Under the pieces are notes generated by a model that was not told the origin of the DNA, made no database searches, and was given only the letters and a program-made list of their open reading frames with translations. Positions 12,317 through 26,619 of a stretch of DNA of 64,000 bases are shown here, piece after piece (position 1 is the first letter of the stretch; each line of letters opens with the position of its first letter). Made by a program: the position numbers and the translations under genes. The stretch is from the NCBI GenBank assembly GCA_964057225.1, contig OZ059899.1, forward strand, positions 15,252,001 through 15,316,000. The letters run 5' to 3'. The DNA comes from Auanema rhodensis (Eukaryota; Animalia; Nematoda).

Positions 12317-13596
12317 TTATTCATCATCATCGCCGTCTTTCACATCTTTCGAAATAGAAACTAAAGATTCATCGATGACTTCTTGATTGTATTCTTTAGG
12401 CTGGCACTTGGCTAAGTTTATACGAGGCATATCAACCTGAAAGTATTTGTTATTTTTTGAAAAAATAATATTTTTCTAAAATTTCTATTTTATGTTTGTT
12501 GGTCAGTTAGGTATTTGTTTCTCATTTTTTCTCATATTAGAGATATGAAATAAACACCTGTTGTTCTGGGAACCTCCATGGCTTCCAATGTGGTTGATGT
12601 TGCTCTTTCCATTCCGTATAACCGAGGCAAGCTTTGTGCAATTTTTTCACCATCTTGGGTGTAATTACTTTAGTGACTCTATTGACGAGCCAGGTTGGTA
12701 ATTTTCCTTTCGGATCTGAGTGACTTATGTACGTTATTTGACATCCCTCTCCTAATTGTCGTATATAATATCCAGAAAGCAAAACGGTTCCTCGAATGTA
12801 TGCTTTGTTAGGTGGAAAATCCTAAGAAGTAAATTTATAATTTATTGACCTGCTTGTTCGAATTCATACCTCGTGACATACGGAATGACTACAAATTAGT
12901 TGCTCATTACCCATATCAAGCCATGAACGCTGCATAACAAAGTCTCTTGATCTAATGGGAGGAAGAGAGTTTACTGAAGCAATTTGTTTTAAAATTGAAG
13001 TAAGCCTATCTATAGGAACCTGCATAGTATCCAATATCATTGTTTGGGTTTATGATTCCAATATCCTTTTGTCCGGCCATGTATTTGTCCCACTAAAAAG
13101 CAAATATCCATGGATACGAAAAAGAAAATGTTTAGCTAATTTACTTTTCCGCGATAAATTGAATCTTGAAGTACATCAAAAGCAACATGGCATGGAACAT
13201 CTTCAAACTGAGCAAAAGCCTGAAATGTTTTTGTGTTGAAAAGAGAAACCTTGTTCATAAACATGCAGATTTTTATAAGATACATATATGTATGTATATG
13301 TAAGTAATTCGATAAAATTCTTTTTGAAAAAAATTAGAAAATCAAGAAGAATAAATATTTTTACGTAGACATTCATGTGACATACCTTGACCATCTGGAA
13401 TGTGCTATTTGGAATTTGTTGAGTCCAAACTTTTACATTTTTTTTACAATAGACCTACAAATGAATATTTGTTTTTATTATGAAAAACTTTAATATATAT
13501 AGAACAGACCTCAGTCCATCCTGTATTGCTCAAACACATGTTTTTAACTTTCATATAATCGGCGTCTTCCCAGACCCGTGCAACGTTGACCCGCAT
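12317..13596 (-). CDS. STARD10: START-domain lipid transfer protein, STARD10/PCTP-like
   Basis: Spliced translation: [14 protein letters not shown]...VWTQ...[17 protein letters not shown]...[26 protein letters not shown]...SHSVCHEDFPP.KAYIRG...[18 protein letters not shown]...WKPWRFPEQ. This is typical of STARD10-type START domains. Confidence 0.9.
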
Positions 13597-16500
13597 GGCT
13601 CAATGTAAATGTCTAAAACAAGTATAATATGTAAATATATATATGTAATATTTAAAAAATCATATGACAAAGTGATAAAATAAAAAGCAATGTTTGGGTA
13701 TAAAAGGAAATGAGAGGTATATATGTACAGGAATATCAGCTGACATACTCTTTTTGCATTTATTCAGCTGCTAGATGTGCTATTGTATTGAAATAACTTG
13801 TTTAAAAAAAAAAAGAGAATATAGTAATGATATTCATGTTTCAGCATGTATATATGGGAATAAAAGGTTTATAATAACTTATGTTCAGTGAGAAATTGAA
13901 CGTGAACTTCAATACTACATAGTTAATGGAGTGGAAGATTTTTAGAGTGATGTTTTTTCATTTTTTTTGTTCTTGAGTTGAAAGCATATGTGAGATGCTT
14001 CCGCTGCATGATAGTTAAAAATCTGTTCAATGAGATAAACAAAGAGCAAACGATGAACCATAAAACATTGATAATCAGATGAGAACATCTAGTTATATGA
14101 AAGAGTACAACAAAGCTTTAAAGTGGAAAGTTCGCTTGCTGAGCAATTCGAAGCTAGAAATTCTGAACGAGAATCAGCAGAGAATGACGAAAATACTGAG
14201 GTCATGACGTAATTGAATATGATAATGACAATATGCTTAGTGAATATAGCATATGGATATATTATACTAAGCATGAATAAATGTTCTGATGAGTCTAAGA
14301 AGGGAAAAAACGAGAGGAGAGATTGATGAGATAAAAGAAGCCGCAAAGGAAAAAAAGAGAAAACGATAGCTATAAGAGAATGCGAAGAGTGATGCGTGAA
14401 GCTGTGGAGCAAGTAACAAAGAGATGAAGTGATAGATCATTTAAACAAGAAATCTAGGCTTCTGCTCACTTGGGGAAAAACGTTAGCAGCTTGAGATGCT
14501 TGAAGCAAAAAAGTCACCAAACGTTGAATAAGACCTTAGTATACAAAGTCGCTTCTATAAAAGGATAAATAAGTAATGTGACAGCGTTGAAGCAGAATTG
14601 ACAAACGATGAATGAGCAGAACGGGGAATACGAGAAGTCACAAGAGAGATACAGAGCATGACTGATCATACAGCCATCAGCATAAATAAGATAAAGTTTC
14701 CAATGATAAGCGGATAACGAGATTTGTGATCATGTAGAAAAGACAAAAAAGGAGAAGCTCAAAACGAATGAGTGAGCTGTTGGCTAGCAGAAGAAGAGAT
14801 ACAGTGCTTATGGGCCACGAGTGATGAGCCTATTGTCCAATGCTTATGAGATGATTAGGGCTTCACGTTGTTCACTTTGTGAGCTATTTCATCATGGGCA
14901 TGTAGTTATTCGTCTCATAACTAACGGCCAAAAGCCTCGAACAGCAACATTTTGATGATCTGTGAGAGCCAAACATACAAAGTTAACTTGGTCAGCAGTA
15001 AAGTGCAGCTGAGATAAGTTTTCATGTTCGTGATTAAGTTCAAACTATGAAAGAATGAAGCAATTAGATTCAATTTTAAAAAAAGAAACAAAGAAAGAAA
15101 TTGAGAAAATTAGTAGGAAACAGCTTTACATAAAGAATTTAGTTTGAAAAAACGTTTTTTTCAGGCATTCATCAATAATTTTAGTTATTGAATGACATAC
15201 AGAATACAAATATCAGCACTTTTTAAGCAGAGAGGAATCAGATTAGGGGAAAGAACGATGACAACGGCTTTTTCTCAGACTCATTTTTTTATTCAGCATT
15301 GAAACAATAGAATAGAGAAAATGGGATTAGATAATTCTGCAAAAGACGAAAGCCAAAAAAATGGAGATAAAACATGTTGTTACTCAATATACTTATTGTG
15401 AAAATGGAAGCTCAACGAAGGTACATTAAACGTTGACATGGAGAACATTTGATGAGGAGAAGCTGGAAACGACAACGAAAGACCGGAAGGATGACAACTG
15501 CGTCGGCTTCAACGGCAACGACAACGACTGCGATGCTTGTCAGTATATATCTGCGGCACACCACAGTACCAAAGAAAAGGAGGGAAAAGAGTGATAGAAA
15601 GAGAATAACAAAATACGAGTGCGAGAAAGAGAGCAAGAAAATGCCAACATCCATCTGGGGCAGTTCATACATGGAGCCAAGGACTGAGAAAAACAAAAAA
15701 AAAGAGCGAAATGCAGAAAATGACTACTTGAACATAGCACATATAGAATATACACATATATAGATATATATATTTTTATATAAACAACAATAATAAGTGA
15801 CACTATTTGCTATTCTTATTCGATTTTTGCTCCAGCTCCACACATATACATGCTCATTCACATACTCACACGTACACAATGCCATTAAAGCTCAAGAATG
15901 TTGGTGAATGAAAAGCATTGTAAGCTATTACTTAAGGACATAGTCAGTGCTTATCCATATGAAAATCATCATAAAGATGAGAAGTTTAGCATATACATGC
16001 ACAATGATCATCGTCATCATCGTCATCATCAGCAGCATTAGCAGAGGCCCGAAGCAGACCACATCATACACATCAACGAAATTGTTGAGGACAGCTATCA
16101 GAAATAGAAAAAAAACTATAAAATGCATTTTGAACAGAAACATGTACAAGTACATATATAGATAGATAGATAGATAGACAAAGATATTTAACTATTATCA
16201 GGAAAGACAATATAAAAACTATCACAAAGGAAATATTTTCTCTTTTCTTTTACTTTCGTTTCAAAAAAAAAAGAGAAAAATAATAATAAGATAAGAGTTT
16301 ATTAACACTAGATTTAACACATTAATCTATACTACATATATACATATATGTTTATGAATATTTCATATTCACATACGTATATATCTTTATCTTTTATCTT
16401 TTTTTTTTATTTGTTTCAATATTGTTTTGAAGAGAAACAAAAATAAAATATAGCAAGATAGCTTATAATTTTCGTATTTTTCTATTAGCAGTTAGTTGTA

Positions 16501-18158
16501 AATTATATTCTCTTATATCTAAAAAAAAAGAAATAAAATCAAAAAAAATAACATCAAATTGGTAAAGTTGAAGGAAAAAAAACAAAATGCTGACATTGAG
16601 GGGGGGGGAGAGTATGTGTACATGCAGATGCACACATATGTACATCCATACACATGTAGATTAAGATACAATTGAATACGTATAAGGTTTTTTTTCTTTA
16701 TAAAAAAAACATTTTAATTGGTTCATTTAATTAATTTTCTTTTTTTTTATATATTTCAATATAAAAAAAAATATTTAAACCATATGTTACATTGTTTAGT
16801 ATAGGAGGTAGTGAGATAGAGATATCTATCTACATACTATTGGTAATATGAGATTTTTGTTCATTTTTTCCTCCAAAAATTGCATAGTTGAGCATAAAGA
16901 AGACGGTGACAAGAATGAAAATGAAGGAAAAGAATAAGAATTTTGATTCAGAAAAAAATTTTTTTTTTTGCTGACACTCTGTCGAATAAAAGCGGAGAGA
17001 GTATGAGAGATTGGTAATATTGTGGTGAATAGATGAGAGGGAAGAGGTGGAGAAGAAGGAGGAGGTTGACATGAAGAAGCACGAATTCAAATAGTTAATA
17101 ATATAAAAAAATGGTGAGAAAAGGATAAATAAACGAGTGAAATAATGAAATAATAAATTATTTCTCTTAATAATAATAATAATAATAATGGAATTAGGAA
17201 GAAATAACAGCTTATAACTGCTACATCAAAAAAGGAAAGTCACATTTTCGAGCTGAGGACAGAAAATTAAGACCAGGCAATGTGGATAAGAAACATAAGA
17301 AGAAGGAAGAAAAAAAAGAAAAATAACATACAACACAAGAAATAAGAAAGAAAGAAGGAAAGAAAAGAGAAGAAAAGCAAAAAAGAAGACCGACAAACTG
17401 GACGATTGGACGATGAGCCAAGGAAATTGAGAAAACTCTAGGAGTATGAAAGTGAGAGGAAAGAGAGATAGATGGTTAGAGCTAAAAAGAGACAAAGCTG
17501 GAAGTTGGTAAAGAGAATAAACGAAAAAGGCAAAGGCTTAGACGTCAGAGAAATTGAGGTTTGGTAGGAGAAAAAGGGAGGGAGAAGGGAAAGAGTTGGA
17601 CGAAAAAGATCAGACCGGCTTGTTGTATTGGATTAAAAGCAAACGACGACGACGACGACAACGAAGAAGAAAAAGGAGAAGTAGTTGTTGACATAAATGT
17701 TTGTTAAAGATATCTATTTAGAAGTGAAAAAACAAATGAACGTAAAAGGCAGAACCATAGTTGAAGCACACAACTGAAGCGCACATACCACACATCATGA
17801 GAGCATACACAACACACATGCAAACAGCACTACCAAGACATTGTCCATGAAATAGATCGCTTTTCCTTAAAAGATTTTGAAAATAGAAAGAGATATTTGG
17901 ATATTTCGAATCCAACCAAGAATAGCATGAGACTGCTCTCATATTAAAACAAAAATTGTAGCTCGTTATGAGAGAAGGTAAATCATTTGGAAGAAGAGAA
18001 GGGGAGTAGCAGTGCTCTTACTACATTTTTCTAGCATATTCCAGATAATCTTCTTGACTATATTTATGACAAATTCATTTTACCTTATTTTTGTCTTTAT
18101 ATTTTCATTTCTTCTGACATAAGTCATGAAAGTTGAGGGAGAGAAAAGTCAAAGAGAC

Positions 18159-18227
<69 letters not shown>

Positions 18228-18424
18228 GAGAGTAAGGTAACTACGAATAGGCAAAAATAAGAAAAGATGTTTTAGTGCAAGTCATCAAGACAAAGCTGTT
18301 ACCAAGCTTTTCTCTAGATGTGCGTTATACTTTTCTCAAAGTATCGTTGGGCATCCCAATATAATTAGCTTTAGATGATCGTGTTTGTGTGTGAGAGAGA
18401 GGGAGAGAGAGACGGAGAGAGAGA

Positions 18425-18456
<32 letters not shown>

Positions 18457-18700
18457 AAGATAATGTTTTTCGAAAAATTCAAACATTTCCAAACTTCATC
18501 CTATTTACATAACCTACTTCATTTACATTGTGCTAACTGTGTTTATGTGCATTTTCACGTATCAGTCACGTCAAAATAATTTTTTTCATTGTAGAAAAAT
18601 GGAACGGTTGTTTTCTTTACAATGTAAGTTCTTACAAACTTTCTTTATATCGTCATATTGTGAATTTTTGAATTTCTCTACTATTCAGTCGTATTACCTT

Positions 18701-18738
<38 letters not shown>

Positions 18739-20653
18739 GCTATCTTTGTTTATACGTACTGCCATCTATGGATATTTTTACCCTTCCACATTATTTGTGA
18801 GGCTCTGTATAAAGCTAATATCTGATTTTTCTATTTCATTGTTGCTTTTGTTTCAATGATCATTCGATTTTCACTCACAACACCAGCTACTTAACTGGCC
18901 ATTCATTATCAAAACCATATAAATTCTATCTATCTCTCTCTCTCTAGTTAGCTTCTCTTCCTCTCTCTCTTTCTCTCTTTCTCTCCCTCTCTCCCTCTCT
19001 CTTATTTCAATATAAAAATTCAGCAATTAGCTAAAATACGTGAAGATTTTTGAATAAAATCGCAAAAGGCTGATTGCAGAAAGGAAAGAAATAGGAGAAC
19101 ATAAAAGGTACATGATTCAAGTAATGAGTGAAAATGAAATTTAGTAGGAAATATTGAGACATGAGATGATACTTTCTCATATAAAACATGTCTCATTCTT
19201 TTTTTCTCATGAGCATGTATTGTGCAAATTGAGAACGTCGAAACAGGGACTATTTTCCGTCTCAAAAAAATTTCTGAAAGAGAGGGAGGAAGAAAGAGCG
19301 CGAAGAAGAGAGTGAGGAAATATATGTAATTGGTAAAGAATCATATAAGGAAATTGCGAAAAGAACAAACGGTTGAGGAAACATAGGAAATGAGACAACT
19401 GAAAGAAATTGGGAATGTACTAATTGGAATGAGAAAGCATGGCTTCAACTCAATTTTTAATGGAGACAAGGGAAAAAGAAAATGGAAGAAACTGGAAGAG
19501 AATGAAACAAACATTCAACTCAACTCTTAGTCAGATGAGAAATATGAAATTTCACTGAAAATACTTACTTAAACTTAGAAATAATCCAAAAAATATGTAT
19601 AAACAAAACATACAAGTGAATGTAGTTTGTAGTTTGAATATAAAGAATTTGAAAAAGTTGTATGAGAAACAGTCTGGGTTTGAGACAAAATAGAAAGTCG
19701 ATTGAATACGATAAAGCAATACTACAAAGCTTTTGCTACTGTTGTTCGGAATGTACAAGGGTCTCGTTATTTTGCATTATTAGCCGGAGCACTAGAATGT
19801 AGGGTCCCTGTCTTTGCGTGTGAATGTGCTGAAGAAGATGAACAGTGAGGTGGATGATGATTATAAACCAGAACGAGAGGGAGAGAGAGAAATAGAGAGA
19901 GGTAGAAAGAGAGAAAATGAGAGAAACAGATAAAGAGAGAGAGAAAGAGAGAGGGAACGAGAAAGGAGGAAGGGAAGAATCGGGTAATGAATAGAAGTAG
20001 TCAAATCTAGTTCTTATTAGACTTAACACATTTGAATTATGCGTTTTGTTTTTTTATTGTCGCACAATCATTTTCAGAATTTGAAGATGGATGATTGTGA
20101 ATGAGCTAGATATAGACTGAAGAAGTACACAAGTTGAAGAAAAAGTGATCAAAGAAAGAGGGAGAGAGAGGAAGATGCTATTAAGAGAGTAGAAGATGAA
20201 CTTCATTCAGAAAACATGGCTGTTTTCTAATTCTTATGCAGTAAAAAGGTAAAATGAAGTATTTTGAGAAGTTTTTCGATAAAACTGAAATGTCACTATG
20301 ATGCTTGCGATGGAATTGTTCATAAACAAAGATGCATATTCTGAGCTAAAAATCTAAGATAATGGATGAAGTTGATAAGGAAGTTGTCTAACAGGGAAAT
20401 AGAAAAGCTCGAAACAGTCAGTATGGGTGTGTGTGTGTGTGTGTTTTGTGTGTTCGAAAGAGATGTATGATGTACATGTCGATGTATTTTAGAGGATTTA
20501 TATGTTTTTTTCTCGTCATAAACATCAATGTCATTGAGCTTGTGACGAAACAGGGTGAAAAGAAGAAAAAAAAGTTAGAAATTTCACAGCTAAATAGCAT
20601 TTTCGATTTGACAATGAATGCTTTTGAATTTTGACTGTGTTGCTTGAAAGTTG

Positions 20654-20707
<54 letters not shown>

Positions 20708-20880
20708 TACTCTATGTCTTTTCTTCCCTTTCTATACCTTTTTTGCATTTTTTTGGAACTTCTCCAGCGTTAAAAAAAGAAAAAGTATATATTGAATAAA
20801 AAAATGTGCAGTCAAATCAATTTGTATAGGAAATTTTTATATTTTATATTAAAAAATAATAGAAAAATATCTTTTTAAAG

Positions 20881-20911
20881 AGTGAGAGCGATAGAGAGAG
20901 AGAGAGAGAGC

Positions 20912-20998
<87 letters not shown>
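20881..20998. repeat. (GA)n microsatellite, ~118 bp
   Basis: Direct observation. One of many such tracts (also ~18161-18232, 18391-18460, 20657-20701). Confidence 0.97.
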
Positions 20999-21000
<2 letters not shown>

Positions 21001-21405
21001 AAGTATGATTATCAACATCTAATATTTTTAAAGTGAAATATAAAAAAATAATTTATATATAGATGTGAGATTAATATCCAAAATTAGAAATACATATGAT
21101 TGACATGAGACGTAAAAGATAAAACTTCCTCATTTTCATGTGAAAAGGACAACATTACTTGTTATATCTATATCTATCTATCTATCTATCTATGTATAGT
21201 ATATAAATAACATTGACGTATAAAATTAATTATAATTCTTTACATATATATATATATATATATATAGTATATATCAAAATTTATATTAACTATATGAATT
21301 TAAATAAAAAAGAATAATGAGCAGGAGATATGCTGTTAAGTACATGTACATGTGATGACATTGAAATGCACATTGAAGCGGAACAGAGATTTTTATATAA
21401 ATATA

Positions 21406-21407
<2 letters not shown>

Positions 21408-21449
<42 letters not shown>

Positions 21450-21455
21450 ATATAT
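21408..21455. repeat. (TA)n microsatellite
   Basis: Direct observation. Another lies at ~21244-21266. Confidence 0.9.
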
Positions 21456-22251
21456 GTATATTATAGAAAATAGTTGAATTATATCGTCACTTTCTCTCGA
21501 TGCTTTGCTTCATCAACTTTTGCATTCATCCGCATCGCCATCTGCATACCGCCAGCAGAAATCGTGTGAATAAAATTTTGTTGATGGAAAATATGATGCA
21601 AAAAAGGCAATAAATTCTTGTTCTCTCTTTCTCTCTCTATCTCTCTCTCTATCAATCTCTCTATTTCTGGAAGTTTTATTTTTCAATTTCTATTAGTATG
21701 CTCCAAAAAAAAGTTTTAGATGCATTTTTCAGTGAGAATATATATTAGGAGATAGATGTAATCAATGGATAATTACAGTGAATCTGAAAGAAATTGGGAT
21801 TTGGTTGTTAGAATGCTGATCAGCTTATTATCAAACTAAATCGAGATTGATAACAGATTTTCTGATAGTTTCAGGAAATATGAAAGGCAGAGAGAGAGAG
21901 AGATGCGCATACAGAGAGTAACATGACTGAAACAATGAGAGGGAGGGAGGGAGGGAGGGAGGGAGGAGTGGAACTGGTAAAAGAAAACGAAATAGTTAAC
22001 TATATACGTATAATTAAAATGAAATTTTACATGTTTTTGTCAACGTGATTAAGTCGAGCTCACAGCCACTTTTGTACTTCGTGATGATAAGTATATGAGC
22101 ATAATTGCAACTTTTGGCACAACTTTCAACTGATAAGTTATAAAATCAATTTAAAAGTTAATAAAATGTATTAAAGTGAGTTAGTTGGAAAGAATATTTT
22201 CATCATTCACTCAAAAAGTTTCTAAAAGATCTTTCTTTCTGTCTGTCTCTC

Positions 22252-22282
<31 letters not shown>

Positions 22283-23256
22283 CTATCTTTCTCTCTCTTT
22301 CTCTCTCTATCTTTGCAATGCTTGATGCTAAAAGAAAACAAAAGCTACTTTGGTGTTTGAAACACATCGTAATTCAGTAATTTGGAACAGAAAATGAGAA
22401 AATGAAGAAGAAATATGAAAGAAAAACTTTTTTTTTCTTACTTTCTTATCAATCAAAGAAAACTTCCAGTACTGAATGGCACAAACACTTCTAATCTCAT
22501 CGACTTTATCAGTATCCATACCATTCAACTTAACAGGGCGGTTATTCATTATCTTAACAGATTTATATCATTAATTATACGTATAATATTAAAAAAATAA
22601 TTAATATTGGTTTATAAGAAAGGGTACAGCAGTACTACAGTGTAAATTCCATTGTAGCTTTGAATGATATTTCAAGTTTATTGAAATGCTTTGATGATTC
22701 GGGTATAAACTTTATAAAGGAGATGAATGGAAATGCTCTGTCCTCAGGATGATGTGGTAGTGGGCGTTATAAGAGAGAGAGAGAGAGAGGGGAGGGGGTG
22801 GAGGTATAACTGTTTTTCTATTCGTTTAATTGAAAGATTTAAAAACTTTGTTATACATATAATATATATATTAATATAATTATTTTTAATTGGAATTTTT
22901 TATTTATTTTTTTCTAAAAAAAAACAGAAAAACAACATAAAATGAAATAGAATTATTGAATGTATACATATGTATATTATTAGATGATATCACAGTTTCA
23001 ATTTGAAAACTTAATATGTTCGATATACCATAATCGGATTTTCTGGTTTATGAGGCAAATTCTCTTCTTTTTTTTTGGAATTTACGAAAAAGAAGGGAAG
23101 AGGGGAGAGGGAGGGGGAATTATGAGAAAAAAAGATTTGTTTGTGATCATATAATAATCTCATTATATTAAAGTAATAATAATATATTAATTAAAATAAT
23201 AATTAAATTAATTAAATATATAGTTATTCTATTAATTTATAAGCAAATATAATATA

Positions 23257-26200
23257 TTATATACGTGTAATATTAGTTATTATAGGAGACATGTTTGTAT
23301 GTGCTGTTGCATGAAGCTCATCTCGACGTTTACGTTGTCGTTGCGCATCTGACATGAACAGCTCTTCAACCTAAATTATATACACATAATATTATATAGT
23401 TAATATGATATAATTATACTTCTTCAATTATAAGGCCTTTTGTTTCAGGTACAAAGAAATAGAAAACTATGAGACCAACTGTTGAGCATCCAGCATATAA
23501 GAAGAAAGCACCTTAATATTATTATTTTTATTTTTTATTTTTTAAACAAATATTTTATGTATAATATTTATTTGTAAATATTGATTGATTTTATGCAGTA
23601 TATGTATATGAATATTGCTCTGAGAATAATTTATATGGATACCACGTGAAATCCACGTGGACACATATTAAGCTCATTTTGGTTATAAAGAGCAGTATGA
23701 AACGGTTGATAAGGATCATCGTATCATGTTCACAAAACAATTTTTGTTTCCCAAATTTAACGATTTGAATAGAAAAAAAAAAAAAAAAGATTTATCACTT
23801 ACCATATTTATGAATGGCTTCTCCCAATGAGAGAAATGTTAGCGATATAAGTAAATTGAAGAACCAGTTTGTGAATGTTGATAACGATACACATGTTCCT
23901 CTTGCCCATAATGGATAAATTTCTGAATTAAATACCCATGGCATTGGTCCCATACCTATAATATACGTATAGTTAATCATATTTCTATTTATAACATAGA
24001 AATATATGATAATTATAATTACCGAATGCATAGCTTATAAGATATAATACCATAACAACAATAGGTAAGAATGTATATTTTGTTTTACAAAAATCAGAAT
24101 CAATTGCATAATTTGTATTATTGCCATTACAGTAGCCAACCTGAACATATACAATTATTATTTTTAGTTTAAAATAACCAATTTGTACTGTTGATATTGG
24201 GTGATCAGGATCTTCAGTATTAGCTACTGGTAAGCATTGTCCAATGTTATCTTCTCCCTTTTCATGACAAAATCCACAACTGCTAGATGTTACACAGTAA
24301 TCACAATTACTTAAATATTATTAATTTGTATATATTATGTGTTATATAATTATATGTTTTGTAGATATTATGCTAATGTTGCTCTTTTTCAAACTTGAAA
24401 CTTGCCTGAAGGAGGCACATTTCAAAATCGTTGAATTGTCAGTTGCATCGCCCCAATTGATTCCTCTATAAGCGTTTTCAGCCAGAAGTGGTGGTGAATC
24501 CTGCGATAAGAAAAACTTTAAGCATAGAAAAGTTTATTTGAAATACCTTATTCAACAATATGAATGATCCTGCCATCATGCATAATGTAACAATAACTCC
24601 AAGCATTGAAGCTAATAGAACTGGTCGTCTACCTAACTTCTCGATCAGTTTCATTGGAGCTATTGTTCCAATTGCTTGTACACCTGAGATGAAATTCAAA
24701 AACATTTGAGGATGTAAGACTTAAGAATTTACTTGAAATAGCACATGAAATCCATATTGTGGTAATTTTATCTCGAACACCAGCTGATTGAATTATCGTA
24801 CCCGTGTAGTATCTGCAAAAATTCAACTGAAACTCTGTGAACTAGTTAGAGAAAAACTTCTAAAAACAGATACCGATTTAAGTAAAAACGCCGACAAATC
24901 GGATGTTTACCAAGTTGCATAGGTAACACTCAAATAGTTTCTAATTCAATTACACAAAACTTCGAAAAAAAAAAAGCAAAAGATGTTTAAAAAGTCATAT
25001 TCGTGGAAAGCACAGTAGATTTGGCTAACAATCTTATGTGCAATCTTCATACAAAGCATGTGCTGATTGTGAGATTTCAAAAAAAAAAATAATTAAACGA
25101 ACAGTATGGTATTGATCCCCAGCAGTTGTTGAAACATCTGCATGCTACATCCAAGAATCAAAGCTTTTAGAACGTGTGGAGTTTTAAAAATTCGAACAAT
25201 AACCGGTGTACGTGCATTACTAGCTTTCACTTCTTCTTCCAATTTTCTTGTAGCTTCCATTTCTTCCATTTCATAATTAATCCATTCCTCATTGCCATTA
25301 TAAACTTTGGAGAGAACTTGCTGAGCCTCATCTTTGCGATTATTCGACACAAGGTATCTTGGAGTATCCGGCAGAAACAGGAATCCAATAAACTACAAAG
25401 TGGAAAGTAGAAAGAATTTGTTATTTGTTCTTTCAAAAAGATCAAAATTTGAAGAAAATTACTTGTAAAGCACTAGGTACAGCAGCTAATCCAAACATTA
25501 ATCTCCACCCAATGGTATATGGCTTATAGAGAGCAAACAGAGCTGCAGCAGCATTTGCAACAATGAAGCCAGAGGCAATCGTAAACTGAAAATAAGATAT
25601 TTGTTTTCAGTTATATTTTATGATTTAGTTTTATAAAGTTAAAAGAATTATCTATTTAAGTGTTAGATCCCTATGTAGTCATCTCTTTCTTTTCCGATGA
25701 ACCTAATCAAACCAGTTCAGGTTGGAATATCACGTGCTTCTCACAATATGCTGTATATGTGTGTATGTGGACTATGTTTGTGTCTCTATTTGAAGTTTGA
25801 ACTTTCTAGCTATTTCGTAGTCAGTCATGCTAATTCTTATAGGATATTAAAGTTTTTAGCTTTGAATAACAATGATTATGCTGTCAAAATATTTGAAGAA
25901 TAGATCGAGACATGCCTGATACACTGTGACAAGTGTTCCACGAAAATGAGATGGCGCTCCTTCACTGATATATACCGGAATGATCATTGAAGCAAATCCT
26001 GTAAGATTTTCTTTTACGAAATTTCATTGAAAATCTGATTTTCACCAATGGCTAGACCAAGCAGAATTCGTCCACCTAGCAAGGTCCAACGTTCTGGTGA
26101 AGCTCCGCAAAGTAGGGCGCCAAAAAAGAAAATTAACGAGGCCACAAGAATTATTGCACGTCTTCCGAATCTGTCAGATGCTGGTCCTACAATGAAAGTT

Positions 26201-26619
26201 AGACTTAAATCTGCTGTATGATATGTCGGATCGGACTAACCAGCCAGTAACGAACCAATACCAGCCATCCCAGGTGTTATGCTCACAATAAGTTCACGCC
26301 ATCCAGTGCTCAAATGGTTCATTCCAGGATTGGAAGGTAGGTACAGCATAGCACTAAAAGACGCGTAAGGTGATGTTGTTTTGAAGGATATATGGAAATA
26401 AGCTTTTACCTTGATACAACGCCAGTATCATAGCCAAACAGTAGTCCTCCAACACATGCTTGTAATGTTAGAAGTATAGTAAACCTAGATATCCCAGGAA
26501 CTTCCTTCGGAGGATCTCGTGACGATTTAACTGCAGATATCTAAGAAATATTGTATAATATAACAAAAAATTATTCAAAAATGAATTGGAAAAGGTCTTA
26601 CAGAAAATCCTCCAGCCAT
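23257..26619 (-). CDS. hmit-1: H+/myo-inositol transporter (sugar porter family, SLC2A13/HMIT-like)
   Basis: Motifs [63 protein letters not shown], a Cys-rich loop ([19 protein letters not shown]), [20 protein letters not shown] and VPETKG. Multi-exon; the paralogue number cannot be assigned. Confidence 0.93.
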
